A stretch of DNA of 64,000 nt from Syntrophales bacterium (GTDB lineage Bacteria > Desulfobacterota > Syntrophia > Syntrophales > UBA2210). The first letter of the stretch is position 1; each line of letters begins with the position of its first letter. Below, in pieces: positions 31,901-40,935 of this stretch. Made by a program: the position numbers and the translations under genes. Location of the stretch: NCBI GenBank assembly GCA_963666365.2, contig CAXXNF010000002.1, positions 1,152,001 through 1,216,000 of the forward strand, read 5' to 3'. Under the pieces are notes generated by a model. That model was not told the DNA's origin, ran no database searches, and saw only the letters and a program-made list of their open reading frames with translations.

Positions 31901-34900
31901 GTACAGCATCACCCCAGTATCGGGATCTATTGTTTGTGTATGCAACCCCGCAGCGGACATAATATAGGCCATGCCGTCATTATCGACAAACACAAGGTCG
32001 TCGCTTTCGGTGTAATCATTGAACACGGCGGGCAGTGCCACTTTTCGCACGCGCTGGTAACATACAATAATAAGATGCCCCGCACCATCTATTGTAATTC
32101 CTGTTGGTACACACACCCCTGTTCCTGTCGCAGGCACACCCTCGTCATTGTTGTCCTGACTGCCGTTACCCGCCACGGTTGTGATATTTCCGGCAGTATC
32201 GACCTTTCGAATTTTATTGCCACTCGGATCCGTGATATAGAGATTGCCGATTTGATCGACGACAACGTCCCGGGGACCGGCAATGCCCGCCTCAACTGCA
32301 GGTCCGCCATCACCGGATGATTCCCTGCGGCCGTTTCCCGCCACTGTGCTGATAACGCCTGATGTATCTATTTTTCTCACCCGACAGTTGTAGTTGTCTG
32401 ACAGATAAATATTCCCACGCATGTCAACGGTCATTCCATAAACCCGGGAACTCAGTTGCGCATTGAGGGCGTTTCCGCCATCACCGCCCCATCCTTCTTC
32501 ACCGTTTCCCGCAATAGTAGTAATAATGCCCTGTGTATCCACTTTTCTGAGCCGGCGGCTTCCCAACTCCATCAGGTAGAGGTTTCCTTCGGTATCGACG
32601 GTAATCGCTTCGACATAATCAATCCCCGCATTGACGGCAGGTCCGCCATCGCCACTGGAACCCCATATGCCATTGCCCGCCACGGTGGTAATGACGCCCC
32701 GTGTATCAATTTTTCTAATACGACAGTTGCATGTGTCGGCGATATAAAGATTTCCTTCGCGATCGAGAGCAATGCCGTTCGGATAATCCAGTTGTGCGTT
32801 GACCGCAAGCCCGCCGTCACCGCAATAACCGGCTTGGCCGTTTCCCGCAATAGTAGTAATGATCCCATCAGAATCGACCTTTCTCATGCACTGATTCCCC
32901 GTATCGACAATATAGTAGTTGCCTTCCGCATCAGCAGCAACGTGTCTCGGATATCTGAATCGCGCATCAATCGCCGGTCCTCCGTCGCCGCTGTATCCGC
33001 TTTCCTGCACACCCGCGACAGTGTTGATAAGCGAAATATTATTTTCACACCGTTCGCCGTTCCCCTTCGAGATAAATGATGGATTGACAGGATCAAGTTT
33101 GTGATGCATCGACAGCGTCCATCCTTCGGCGATGGTGGCTACATGGTCTCGATGAACCATTGCATCTCTGTTCTTCCACAGGACGACTTCAGATCTGCCC
33201 AGTATGGGATATGGTTCCACGCCTGCAAAGCCAAAGGCCTGTGCAAGATCCATCCGTGCCCCAGCAAACCAGATATCGTATACGAAGCCTGTTTGAATGC
33301 GTACGGGAACAGCGCCTTCTACAGGGTTCCCCAGAAAATCCATCCCGTCCCACTCAACCTGTGTTACCTGATAGGGCAGCGGATCCAAGGTGCTCTCGAA
33401 GGTTCTCCCCGCCACCGTGACCTGAACCATAATGCGTTTCAGGCTTGCCGGCACAGTCTCGCCGCTGACAGGAACGGTAATTACCGTTTTGTAACTATGC
33501 ACACGGTTGCTTGCATAGTGAAGGGTGATATCTGTTCCCGCAACATGAATATCTTCATGAAATGTGCGGCTTCGTTCCTCTACAAAAGAATTGAGGGCGG
33601 TAGTGCAAGTTTCTTCTTTCACTTTTTCCTGATCGACGAGGGGTTCCACCTCCGGATTGGGAGCTGTCGCATCAGCGGGCATTGAATAGGGCCAATTGTA
33701 ATCGACAGGCGTAAAATGTGACACTGCTGCACGCCAGAACGTTTCATTCGGCGGATAGTGAAGCGGATCATTCAAGCCCTGCACTTCATCGGCAACAAGG
33801 CCATCGCCGTTCAGATCATCCGCCGTTTCGTCACCGTCGGCATCGAGGGCATCGGCAATCCCGTCGCCGTCGGTGTCGAGCAGTCTCACAACGACGCCGT
33901 TTTCGGCGGGGACCCAGACACCACGGTCTCTATTGTAGAATCCAACGGGGACAACGGCGCCGACGGGGAAGCCAAGAAAATTGTCAATCCAGGTGACTAC
34001 CGGTTTTTCGAACCGCACCCGCTCGATCCCGTCTACTTCCAGCTCGACGCAGTACGTATAGGCGGAAGTGGGCGGGAGCACGGAGGGCATGGAATCTTCG
34101 GTCGTATATTCCGTGGCCCGCGCAGTGATGGTGGTAAGTTCAAGAATGTCGTTGCCGGCTTCGTCCGTCATGTAGGCGCGGTTGTCACCGGTAAAGACGA
34201 TCGAGCAGGCGCGGCTGCCGAACTCGTCGATTACTACGCTGCTTTGGTGCGCTACTGCCGTTGTGGGATTTCCATCAAAGGTAAAGGTGGTGGAGCGGGG
34301 ATCCCGTGCAATCATCCGGATGGGTTCAGCCGCGACGACATCGTTCCAGGGAACAAAGACCTTTCGCTGCGCACTGCAGAATTCCTCTTTATAATATGTG
34401 AGAACCACCGTTCCCCCACCCTCGACGGGAACACTGAAAAAGCCGGTATCGTCGGTATAGGCAGTTCCATATTCGGGGTGGCTATAAATTGTGACGGCAA
34501 CACCCGAAAGAGGTGAATCATCATCGGCGACGACCATCCCCCGCACGATCGAAAAGCGCCGGGAATCATATCTATCCAGCGTGGCATCGGCAGGGACCAG
34601 CTCCTGATATCGTGCGCCGAAGGAACCCTCGGGGAGGACTTCCGGGGTTCCCTCGACCACGATTACGGCTCGTGCACGTGCCGAGCCGTGGGGGCCGCAT
34701 GCAGTAATGCAATACGTGGTGGTATGTGCGGGGGTGACAAGACAAGAACCGGAGGTGGATACCGCGCCGATGCCGTTGTCGATAACTACGAACGCGGCGC
34801 CTTCCGCGCTCCAGGAGAGCGTGGCTGCACCGTCTTTGTGAATCACCGATGGCGTCGCTGCGATTGTCACGGTGGGAGGTGATGCTTGTGATTCCTGCGT

Positions 34901-35284
34901 GATAACGACCGTAAGAACGGCGCCCGGCTTGCCATCAAGTGCCACCGTAATTGTGTTGTCATCGATAAGATCAATTGTTTCTTCGATCGTGTCGGTATGG
35001 CCTTTAAAATCTCGTGGAGTAAATATCGGAATGCCATTCACATCGATACGCGCACTCGAAACGGCATGCTTTTTATTTCCATCGCCATTATAAACCGTAA
35101 GGCGTCCCGCGCCGGCCGCTGCAGAAAATGCATCCACCGCAACGGCGGGCTTCCCTTTACCCCTGGCGTAGACTTTCGGCCCAAAGACCGCGGTGACATC
35201 CGCAAAGGAAACAGTGTGTATACACATAAGAACCACCACAAATACTCCAGTCAGAACGATCCTTTTCATGATTCCCTCCTTCAA
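28991..35284 (-). CDS. Teneurin-like Rhs/YD-repeat protein with NHL repeats and polymorphic C-terminus
   Basis: Signal peptide MKRIVLTG...SFA; about six NHL repeats (ITTVAGNG..GDGG.A); YD repeats; PFGFAGGL..RDYDP.TGRW...DPEG core; 133-aa Gly/Ala-rich CT. Confidence 0.92.
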   Translation of the reverse strand: MKEGIMKRIVLTGVFVVVLMCIHTVSFADVTAVFGPKVYARGKGKPAVAVDAFSAAAGAGRLTVYNGDGNKKHAVSSARIDVNGIPIFTPRDFKGHTDTIEETIDLIDDNTITVALDGKPGAVLTVVITQESQASPPTVTIAATPSVIHKDGAATLSWSAEGAAFVVIDNGIGAVSTSGSCLVTPAHTTTYCITACGPHGSARARAVIVVEGTPEVLPEGSFGARYQELVPADATLDRYDSRRFSIVRGMVVADDDSPLSGVAVTIYSHPEYGTAYTDDTGFFSVPVEGGGTVVLTYYKEEFCSAQRKVFVPWNDVVAAEPIRMIARDPRSTTFTFDGNPTTAVAHQSSVVIDEFGSRACSIVFTGDNRAYMTDEAGNDILELTTITARATEYTTEDSMPSVLPPTSAYTYCVELEVDGIERVRFEKPVVTWIDNFLGFPVGAVVPVGFYNRDRGVWVPAENGVVVRLLDTDGDGIADALDADGDETADDLNGDGLVADEVQGLNDPLHYPPNETFWRAAVSHFTPVDYNWPYSMPADATAPNPEVEPLVDQEKVKEETCTTALNSFVEERSRTFHEDIHVAGTDITLHYASNRVHSYKTVITVPVSGETVPASLKRIMVQVTVAGRTFESTLDPLPYQVTQVEWDGMDFLGNPVEGAVPVRIQTGFVYDIWFAGARMDLAQAFGFAGVEPYPILGRSEVVLWKNRDAMVHRDHVATIAEGWTLSMHHKLDPVNPSFISKGNGERCENNISLINTVAGVQESGYSGDGGPAIDARFRYPRHVAADAEGNYYIVDTGNQCMRKVDSDGIITTIAGNGQAGYCGDGGLAVNAQLDYPNGIALDREGNLYIADTCNCRIRKIDTRGVITTVAGNGIWGSSGDGGPAVNAGIDYVEAITVDTEGNLYLMELGSRRLRKVDTQGIITTIAGNGEEGWGGDGGNALNAQLSSRVYGMTVDMRGNIYLSDNYNCRVRKIDTSGVISTVAGNGRRESSGDGGPAVEAGIAGPRDVVVDQIGNLYITDPSGNKIRKVDTAGNITTVAGNGSQDNNDEGVPATGTGVCVPTGITIDGAGHLIIVCYQRVRKVALPAVFNDYTESDDLVFVDNDGMAYIMSAAGLHTQTIDPDTGVMLYRFEYDDNNNLTAIYDRFGAVVALQRDGDGIPTAIVSSDGLITTLTIDEHNHLTGVTGPDGAVYTFDYTPEGLLLVETEPSGNRFDHLFDSTGRLTDALDEEGGCWNYERALLENGAVLVNVLTAEGNRTSYLDRTDSTGAYASIITDPTGSATLFNRSADGLSVKKTLSCGMNLAFTYDTDPQYKYPYITTMTERTPSGLERTTERSKSYADTDSDGIFDLITETVNVNGNAAVLEKDVIQSQKTAISPEGRTANTAYDSATLLITSSSVPGLFDTFYGYDGRERLTSLTQGTRQMTWSYNGEGFCSSWTDPQGFTTTYDYDPAGRMTALYRPDDSVLYFGYDANGNRETLVTPASVSHIFDYNRVNNLSLYQAPVSGAYRYLYDKDRRLICTTFPSGNRIEHIYDGARLTQVLTPEGSIHYTYLCGTKVASVTSGTEAIDYSYDGTLVTEAHHSGTIAQSLGFSYNSDFNLVGVAYAGDREEYSYDRDRLLTGAGRFSIARNSGNGLPESVADGNLSVERSYNGYGELEEETCSIASQPVAGWHAVRDSNGRIIEKTETIGGETNSYDYGYDCAGRLCTVHGNGNLVEEYQYDLSGVRVYEMNSLRGIAGRSYAYSDEDHLLTVGDTSYQYSVDGFLTTRTDGSGNTTTYDYSSRGELMGVTLPDGTAIDYVHDPLGRRIAKAVNGVIIEKYLWLGLTKLLAVYDGSDALLMRFEYADGRMPYAMTTSGGSYYLAYDQVGSLKTVADESGNIVKETIYDSFGTIITDSNPTLAIPFGFAGGLHDRDTSLIRFGHRDYDPDTGRWTAKDPILFAGGSTDLYGYCMNDPVNGVDPEGLFINLAAAGVGAAVGAAIGTADAIFKRESIIKGAFMGAAVGALAGISFGSSVLVNAAIGAGVGVTSDLIGQKISKPCGHIDTLSVAINALAGAIGGGAGTAMLKGGTVAVDAAFFSGAIAGGVSTTLHANANY

Positions 35285-35640
35285 AGCAGCAATTCATTGC
35301 GTGCGGGCGGCGGGATCTTCCTTCACTTCAGCAGGCGCCATACATATGCCGGCGCCTCAGGGGTCCATGCCCCGTCGCCGTTAAATGGATTTATTGCGGT
35401 TTGTGGTGAGGATAGAGGTTGAGGATTGCTCTGATGTGGACTCTGCAATAAGGTTCGGACACTGAAAAAAAATAAACGTTTTTATAGTAGCGCCTTATAA
35501 ATTCAAGCGCATACCACCGAAACCACGAATCGAAAGCAGTTAATGATGTAAGGCTGCATAGTACCTCAAAAGGCAATGAAATTTAATACTGAATTACTAC
35601 GGTAAAAATTGCGCTCATTCCAGGTAGTTCAACCCCTGGG

Positions 35641-35850
35641 AATTCCGGGGACAGTATACTTAATTACTGACAGCCGGCAATTAAAAGGAGAAGTAATGTA
35701 ATTAAAGGACTGGCAGACCGTTGGGAAGCAATCAGTTTATAGATAATGTTGAAAAACTGTTTTACCGTATGGTTCGCAGACATAAGCCTGGGCCGAAAGG
35801 AAAAAATCAGAATTAAGTATACTGTCCCCGGAATTATAGTCCCCGGAATT
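35641..35850 (+). mobile_element. Miniature non-autonomous TIR element (195 bp) plus partial extra end
   Basis: TIRs at 35641-35665 and 35811-35835, partial 35839-35850; interior homologous to 26143-26266 with a small insertion. Confidence 0.85.
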
Positions 35851-35863
35851 ATACCCTGTTGCG

Positions 35864-37342
35864 CTAGTACTGGATGCCGCCGGAGTCACCGCTTTTCTTA
35901 ACCGTCATGCCGAAATCATCGAAGAACTGATCGTTCGCGGCATTGGAATCGTAAAAGGCATGGACGCCGATTTCGGCGGGTCTCTCCGTGCCGAAACTCC
36001 CCGAGGTAAAAGTTGCATCAGCAATGACAGTGCTTTCTTTCCACACGACTGTACCGTCTACCACGGTGGCGTCTCTCGCGGTGGGCCAGGACGGAGATGA
36101 TGAATTGCTTGTTCCTGATCCTATGCATACATAACAATGACCGTTCTGCGAAGCCGGGCGCACCACATCACCACCGTCATAGGCGGTGGTGCCGTGCCAT
36201 GTGTAGTGAGCGCTGTAATCCGACCAGCGCACAGGATTGAAGAGGCTGTAATTCCAGCTTCGTGTTCCCCGAGGGTGTGCTCCCGTTCCCTGTACATAGA
36301 CATAGATATAATTTTCACGGGTACCACTGGGACCCGAATACAGCTCATCCACCTTCACGAGAATAGTGGACCAGTCTTTCAGCGCGCCACCGTCGATTAC
36401 TCCGTATGAACTCGACATCTGACGGTGATCGATAAGTGAATAGGTCCCGTTAATCTTTTTCCATAGCACGGCATGCACGTTTCCGTCGCGAAGAGAAGAA
36501 AACGTGGCAAACTCCGGAGAGGTGATCCAGGACGGCGCCTTTTTATCATAAGCTATGGACCTGAAAAAGGACACACCATAGGAACTGTCGTCGCCGGGAT
36601 CCAGGTTTCCTTTCGTATTCAGACGAAAGGAAAGTCCCATCATATAGTATTCCCCCTTTTTTCCCTCGGATTCTACATTGATCTTCACCTGCATCGCGTA
36701 GCTGAGCAGCTGATCGTTATTATTCCATGAAGCCTCGAAGTCCGGTGCGTCGTCATTGCCGTCCCAGTCCATATTGAGCATTGCCTCGTTCCCCTTGAAC
36801 TGAAGGGCGGTTTCGCCCCCCGAGGGACCTGTCGAAACAAGAGAGACGTCGGTACCCGTACCGGCATCCCATGTTTCATCCAGAGAGGTGTCGCCGTTTT
36901 CGTCGAATCCAATCGATGCCGGCGGATCATTGCCGGGCAGCGTGGCTGTCGCCTTCACCACATTCCAGGTTATCTTTCGTCGCGTCGATATCCAGCCCGA
37001 TCCCTGAATCCCCGTAGATTCTATCAGCAGGCGGGCGTTGTCGCCGGGGTTATCGTAACTTTTCACTGCAAACCGGTCCCCGTTGCTCAGTGTGTAGGTG
37101 GTCAGGGTGTCTATCTTCGTTCCATCGGCAATAAAGAGCTGCAGCGCATAGCGCCCTCCCGATTCGGCAAGATAGTAGGCCCTGGCCTGACGATTGGCGA
37201 AAAGCTCCCCATAGGTGGCGGTGGTCGTCACATACAGCATCCCGGCGGCAAGTATTGCAATGACCGTCATCGTTACAATGAGACCGATGAGAATCAACCC
37301 TCTCGGCTTTGACAGCATTTCAGACGACTGCATCGTATTCAC
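35864..37342 (-). CDS. PilX/GspK-like large minor pilin with C-terminal putative adhesin domains
   Basis: RG|LILIG prepilin site lacking E5, RAYYLAESG, W..TTAY..GDVV...SPSWP...DGTVVW module. Confidence 0.75.
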   Translation of the reverse strand: MNTMQSSEMLSKPRGLILIGLIVTMTVIAILAAGMLYVTTTATYGELFANRQARAYYLAESGGRYALQLFIADGTKIDTLTTYTLSNGDRFAVKSYDNPGDNARLLIESTGIQGSGWISTRRKITWNVVKATATLPGNDPPASIGFDENGDTSLDETWDAGTGTDVSLVSTGPSGGETALQFKGNEAMLNMDWDGNDDAPDFEASWNNNDQLLSYAMQVKINVESEGKKGEYYMMGLSFRLNTKGNLDPGDDSSYGVSFFRSIAYDKKAPSWITSPEFATFSSLRDGNVHAVLWKKINGTYSLIDHRQMSSSYGVIDGGALKDWSTILVKVDELYSGPSGTRENYIYVYVQGTGAHPRGTRSWNYSLFNPVRWSDYSAHYTWHGTTAYDGGDVVRPASQNGHCYVCIGSGTSNSSSPSWPTARDATVVDGTVVWKESTVIADATFTSGSFGTERPAEIGVHAFYDSNAANDQFFDDFGMTVKKSGDSGGIQY

Positions 37343-37822
37343 CTATAAATTTCGAGGACGGACACGTTTGGTAAACTCAATTACCACACCATCCGCCCCG
37401 TTTAACGCGATGGTAAATTCTATAATTCGTCGTGTCGACGTCCATGTGGTTTCGTGCGCACCGTCATGGGCATCATAATAGCCCAGTTCGAAACTGTCGA
37501 CCTGATCGGTGAGAATATCGCCGTCATAGGTGATCGTGTTTCCCGCCATTGAAAGCGTGTGATCATAGAGCATCCCGGCACGATAAGAGGAAAACGAAAT
37601 GGATTCGGGACCTGCCGCACTGACCGAGCTTACATTATTCAGTTCTTTCATGAGCTTTGCCATCGTCACCTGTCCTTTTTGCACAAGGGCGACATTCCCC
37701 TTCGCAAACAAGAACCCCTGCACAATCGATACGATCCCTATCCCCGCCGCAGTGGCGATTATTCCCACCATGGTAAGCACTATAATCACTTCGATGAGTG
37801 TAAATCCCTTGTTTTTCGGCAT
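37343..37822 (-). CDS. Type IV minor pilin/pseudopilin (PilW-like)
   Basis: KG|FTLIEV N-methylation motif. Confidence 0.85.
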   Translation of the reverse strand: MPKNKGFTLIEVIIVLTMVGIIATAAGIGIVSIVQGFLFAKGNVALVQKGQVTMAKLMKELNNVSSVSAAGPESISFSSYRAGMLYDHTLSMAGNTITYDGDILTDQVDSFELGYYDAHDGAHETTWTSTRRIIEFTIALNGADGVVIEFTKRVRPRNL

Positions 37823-37916
37823 ATTCTTCTCACCTTGTACCTTTCCTCTTCCCCGACGGGGGATTAAGGAAAGGGGGAGTTTTTGTCTTCGAGACCATCA
37901 CTACCTGACCAGACCG

Positions 37917-38333
37917 CTATTGCACAAAAATAACGGTAAGTATTTCGTTCTGGTCATTTGCAATGGTCACCTTGAGTTTATTCGGCGGATCGCCCTCTGC
38001 TAATGCGGCTTCAGTCTCGTTTGTAAATTTCATGAATCTGTTTTCAATCACACTGTACTGCCCATATGAGTTGCTCTGATCGCTGCCTTCGGCGCCTATG
38101 CGTGCCTGAAGTCCGGGCAGGCTCGATGCGTAATTCTCCAGATAGTCTGCGGTAATATTTTCCATGACCTGTTGCAGTGCAAGGCTCTTCTGCAGGCGGA
38201 ATATCGGCACGGCGCTCTGGGTCATGGAAGTGCCGAAATACTGATACATGACGGCGCCGAAGATCGCCACAAGGGCAAGTGTCACAATAAGCTCAATGAG
38301 GGTGAAGCCCCTCTGAATCCGCACTCGTCTCAT
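37917..38333 (-). CDS. Type IV minor pilin/pseudopilin (PilV-like)
   Basis: RG|FTLIEL. Confidence 0.85.
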   Translation of the reverse strand: MRRVRIQRGFTLIELIVTLALVAIFGAVMYQYFGTSMTQSAVPIFRLQKSLALQQVMENITADYLENYASSLPGLQARIGAEGSDQSNSYGQYSVIENRFMKFTNETEAALAEGDPPNKLKVTIANDQNEILTVIFVQ

Positions 38334-38791
38334 TGGATAAATCCCGTATTCTTTGTAATCCTTATGGTATGGGACTCACCGCCTCCTGAAAGCGTGACGG
38401 ACACATCCGAGATTCCGGGACTCCCCCACTCATCATAGGTCACCGTTAAACCGGACACCGAATAGCCGGAAGGCAGTTGGTGCGTAGATGAATCGTCATT
38501 AGGCAGGCTATGGGGCCATGTGGCGCCGTCTCGTAACACCGTGTAGGAATTACCGCCAAAGGTCACGCTCCAGGGCACATCATCACTGAGCGCCCGGTAT
38601 TGCACAAACCGAAGATGCGACTTCAGAATATCCACTTCGGAATAGAGCGCAAAGGATGCCTGCGAGAGAATTGCCGCAACGGCAACAGCGGCAATAATGC
38701 CGAGCACCACAAGAACGGCAATCATCTCTATCAGAGTGAAGCCGCTGTTGCCTTCAGAAGCTCCTTTTGGCGTGCAGTCTGTGATACTCAC
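38330..38791 (-). CDS. Type IV minor pilin/pseudopilin (FimT/GspH-like)
   Basis: SG|FTLIEM; LKSHLRFVQ; C-terminal ITKNTGFI. Confidence 0.85.
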   Translation of the reverse strand: MSITDCTPKGASEGNSGFTLIEMIAVLVVLGIIAAVAVAAILSQASFALYSEVDILKSHLRFVQYRALSDDVPWSVTFGGNSYTVLRDGATWPHSLPNDDSSTHQLPSGYSVSGLTVTYDEWGSPGISDVSVTLSGGGESHTIRITKNTGFIQ

Positions 38792-38835
38792 GGGCTTGTC
38801 TCCGGTTAACGTTCTAAAAACGCATTGTAATCAGT

Positions 38836-38862
38836 ATACAGACAGTGTGAAGAAAAGTCACC
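38836..38862 (-). promoter_or_regulatory. Putative ECF promoter of pilin operon 1
   Basis: GGTGAC-N15-CTGTAT, same pattern and spacing as 39794 and 50265. Confidence 0.55.
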
Positions 38863-38902
38863 CGTCATTAAGTGAAATCGGTCACAACAAACCGGAGTAG
38901 GG

Positions 38903-39322
38903 TTACCAACGCTCTTTTTGCTCTTTAAAAAAAACCAAAAAAACAGTAGGTGAAAAGATTTTGACGCCACGGCATCTTTCATGTGGAAAATGCTTTTGAT
39001 TTCCCGTCACAATACCCAGGGATTGGCTTGCAAGGGCAACTTCGAGAAATGGTTCATCATCGGGATCGGAGAGCGATTCAAACAAAGGGGACGGTGCAAC
39101 AGCGCAACCTTGAGATATCATGTAGTCCAGAAAGGCAACAATTTTTTCTTCTTCAAATCCAAACTTCTCTCGTCGAAGGACTTCTTCGTATTCTGAAATA
39201 ATTCTTGCATCAAAAGAAATCGTCAGTTCCCCCGATGAGAGCATACGTACGATTTCGCCGCAGGCGCCGAAGGGCGATAAAAGACCGGCCACAAGAACAT
39301 TGGTGTCAACGACTACATTCAT
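38903..39322 (-). CDS. PIN-domain toxin
   Basis: VVVDTNVLV, DPDDEPFLEVA, IVTGN. Confidence 0.88.
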   Translation of the reverse strand: MNVVVDTNVLVAGLLSPFGACGEIVRMLSSGELTISFDARIISEYEEVLRREKFGFEEEKIVAFLDYMISQGCAVAPSPLFESLSDPDDEPFLEVALASQSLGIVTGNQKHFPHERCRGVKIFSPTVFLVFFKEQKERW

Positions 39323-39621
39323 TACGCACGCTTTTCGCGAACAGATTTAATTTCGGCATTTATTTCATCAAGTGTGATCTTGTCTTTTCCCCTCTCTCTC
39401 GACCGTCGTTGGATAGAAGCGACAGCCTCGACAGATCGTAATCTACGAAATGTCGCCAGCGATTCTTCTAGATTTCCGTCATTTATTGCGGCGAGAATGG
39501 CTATGGGCCGACCATTGCTCGTAATAACCATCTCTTTTTCGACAGGCAATTCTTTCCAGATTTGTGCAGACTTGCCTCTTAAGTCCCGGACACTTAGAAA
39601 TTTCATTGTTTTGTCCTCCAT
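39322..39621 (-). CDS. Phd/YefM-family antitoxin
   Basis: FLSVRDLR, VITSNGRPIAIL; coupled to the PIN gene. Confidence 0.85.
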   Translation of the reverse strand: MEDKTMKFLSVRDLRGKSAQIWKELPVEKEMVITSNGRPIAILAAINDGNLEESLATFRRLRSVEAVASIQRRSRERGKDKITLDEINAEIKSVREKRA

Positions 39622-39793
39622 TCGTGGCCTCGATTATGCACACATTTGTCACCCACTGTCAACTTTTTTAGGCAGGTTCTTGAAATAGCATTATGACTTG
39701 ACGGCCCCTTAAAAAGTCGCATCTCCCTCCCCTGGGAGGCTGGGTCATGATTGGCGATTAGTCGTTGCGACCAACCGTAATTCATATTTCTAT

Positions 39794-39820
39794 TGTGACT
39801 TTTTGTGTGCTCGATTGTAT
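39794..39820 (+). promoter_or_regulatory. Putative ECF promoter of the anti-sigma-like gene and pilin operon 2
   Basis: TGTGAC-N15-TTGTAT. Confidence 0.55.
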
Positions 39821-39835
39821 ATCTAGTACAGACAC

Positions 39836-40456
39836 ATGAAACTCATCATCGGACATCAGGATAGTGCCATGAAAGAATTTAAAGATATTATCGAGCAGAT
39901 AGAAACCATGCCGGCCCTTTCACCGTCGAATGATTTTACGGCAGCCGTCATGAATCGGCTCCCCCATTATCAGGTCGCCGTGCAACCGCTCTGGAAAAGA
40001 ATTATCGACCCACGGCAGATCCTCAAACGCAGCTTCACGAAGGATGAATGTTTATTCTTTTTCTTTATGGCAGGGGCATTTCATCTGATCATGGCCGTAA
40101 TTCTTTGCATCGGGTTCAGGGGACTTTACGTTTCCCTTCCTCATACTGGGTGGCTGATCACCCAGCCGGCGCTTTCACTGCTTGCCGCCTTCGGTTTTAC
40201 GTCCCTGGGCGTCCTCTTGCACAAGCAGCATGTGCACGCCCTTAAAACCATTCAGATCGGCATTGCCGCCTATATCTTACTGGTACTGTTAAATGCATTC
40301 ACCCTTTACCAGAGTCTCAATATTCCCCTTATTATGATGTTGCTGCTTTCCTTCACTGTCGGCGGTGTTTTGCTGGGAATCATACTTACTGTGGTTGTGC
40401 ATCAATGGGCACGGCCGCCGTTACACACTGAATGCCCGGAGCACGCAGTAAAATGA
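39836..40456 (+). CDS. Membrane protein, anti-sigma-like (start may be 39869)
   Basis: N-terminal PSNDFTAAVMNRL resembles anti-sigma N-termini; four hydrophobic segments; stop overlaps the next ATG. Confidence 0.55.
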   Translation: MKLIIGHQDSAMKEFKDIIEQIETMPALSPSNDFTAAVMNRLPHYQVAVQPLWKRIIDPRQILKRSFTKDECLFFFFMAGAFHLIMAVILCIGFRGLYVSLPHTGWLITQPALSLLAAFGFTSLGVLLHKQHVHALKTIQIGIAAYILLVLLNAFTLYQSLNIPLIMMLLLSFTVGGVLLGIILTVVVHQWARPPLHTECPEHAVK

Positions 40457-40935
40457 GAATACTCACTCGACATAATGCCGGATTTACCATAATCGAGATC
40501 ATTGCCATACTGGTGGTAATCGGCATCATAGGGGTAACCGTCGTGGGCCGCCAGATATCCCTTGGCACGGAAGCCCGCACACAGGCAAGCATTATAAAAA
40601 ATCACCTGCGCTATGCGCAGAGCCTCTCCATGAACTCCAACATGATATGGGGGATCGAGTGTGACGGCAGCAAATACTGGCTTTTTAAAAACGGTCAGGA
40701 CGGCACTACGGACGACAAGGTCATGCTGCCCGGAGAAGATTCAACGGAAGTGAGTCTCTCCGACAAGGGTATCAGTATGGGTTCCTTCACAGTTGCATTT
40801 ACGAGAGAAAAGGGAGAACCGGGCGAAGATGCCGACGCCTCGCCCGTGGCGAGTGCCAACATCACCATTACCGTAACCGGCGGCGGCGATTCCGAAACAA
40901 TCACGGTTACAAGAAACACAGGGTATATACCATGA
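40453..40935 (+). CDS. Type IV minor pilin/pseudopilin (FimT/GspH-like)
   Basis: AG|FTIIEI; IKNHLRYAQ; VTRNTGYI; paralogue of 38330-38791. Confidence 0.85.
   Translation: MRILTRHNAGFTIIEIIAILVVIGIIGVTVVGRQISLGTEARTQASIIKNHLRYAQSLSMNSNMIWGIECDGSKYWLFKNGQDGTTDDKVMLPGEDSTEVSLSDKGISMGSFTVAFTREKGEPGEDADASPVASANITITVTGGGDSETITVTRNTGYIP

Noticed and set aside
19000..35850. Diversity-generating retroelement or classical integron as the cause of the cassette array
   Set aside because: No reverse transcriptase, no adenine-specific TR/VR pair, no tyrosine integrase and no attC-like sites were seen.
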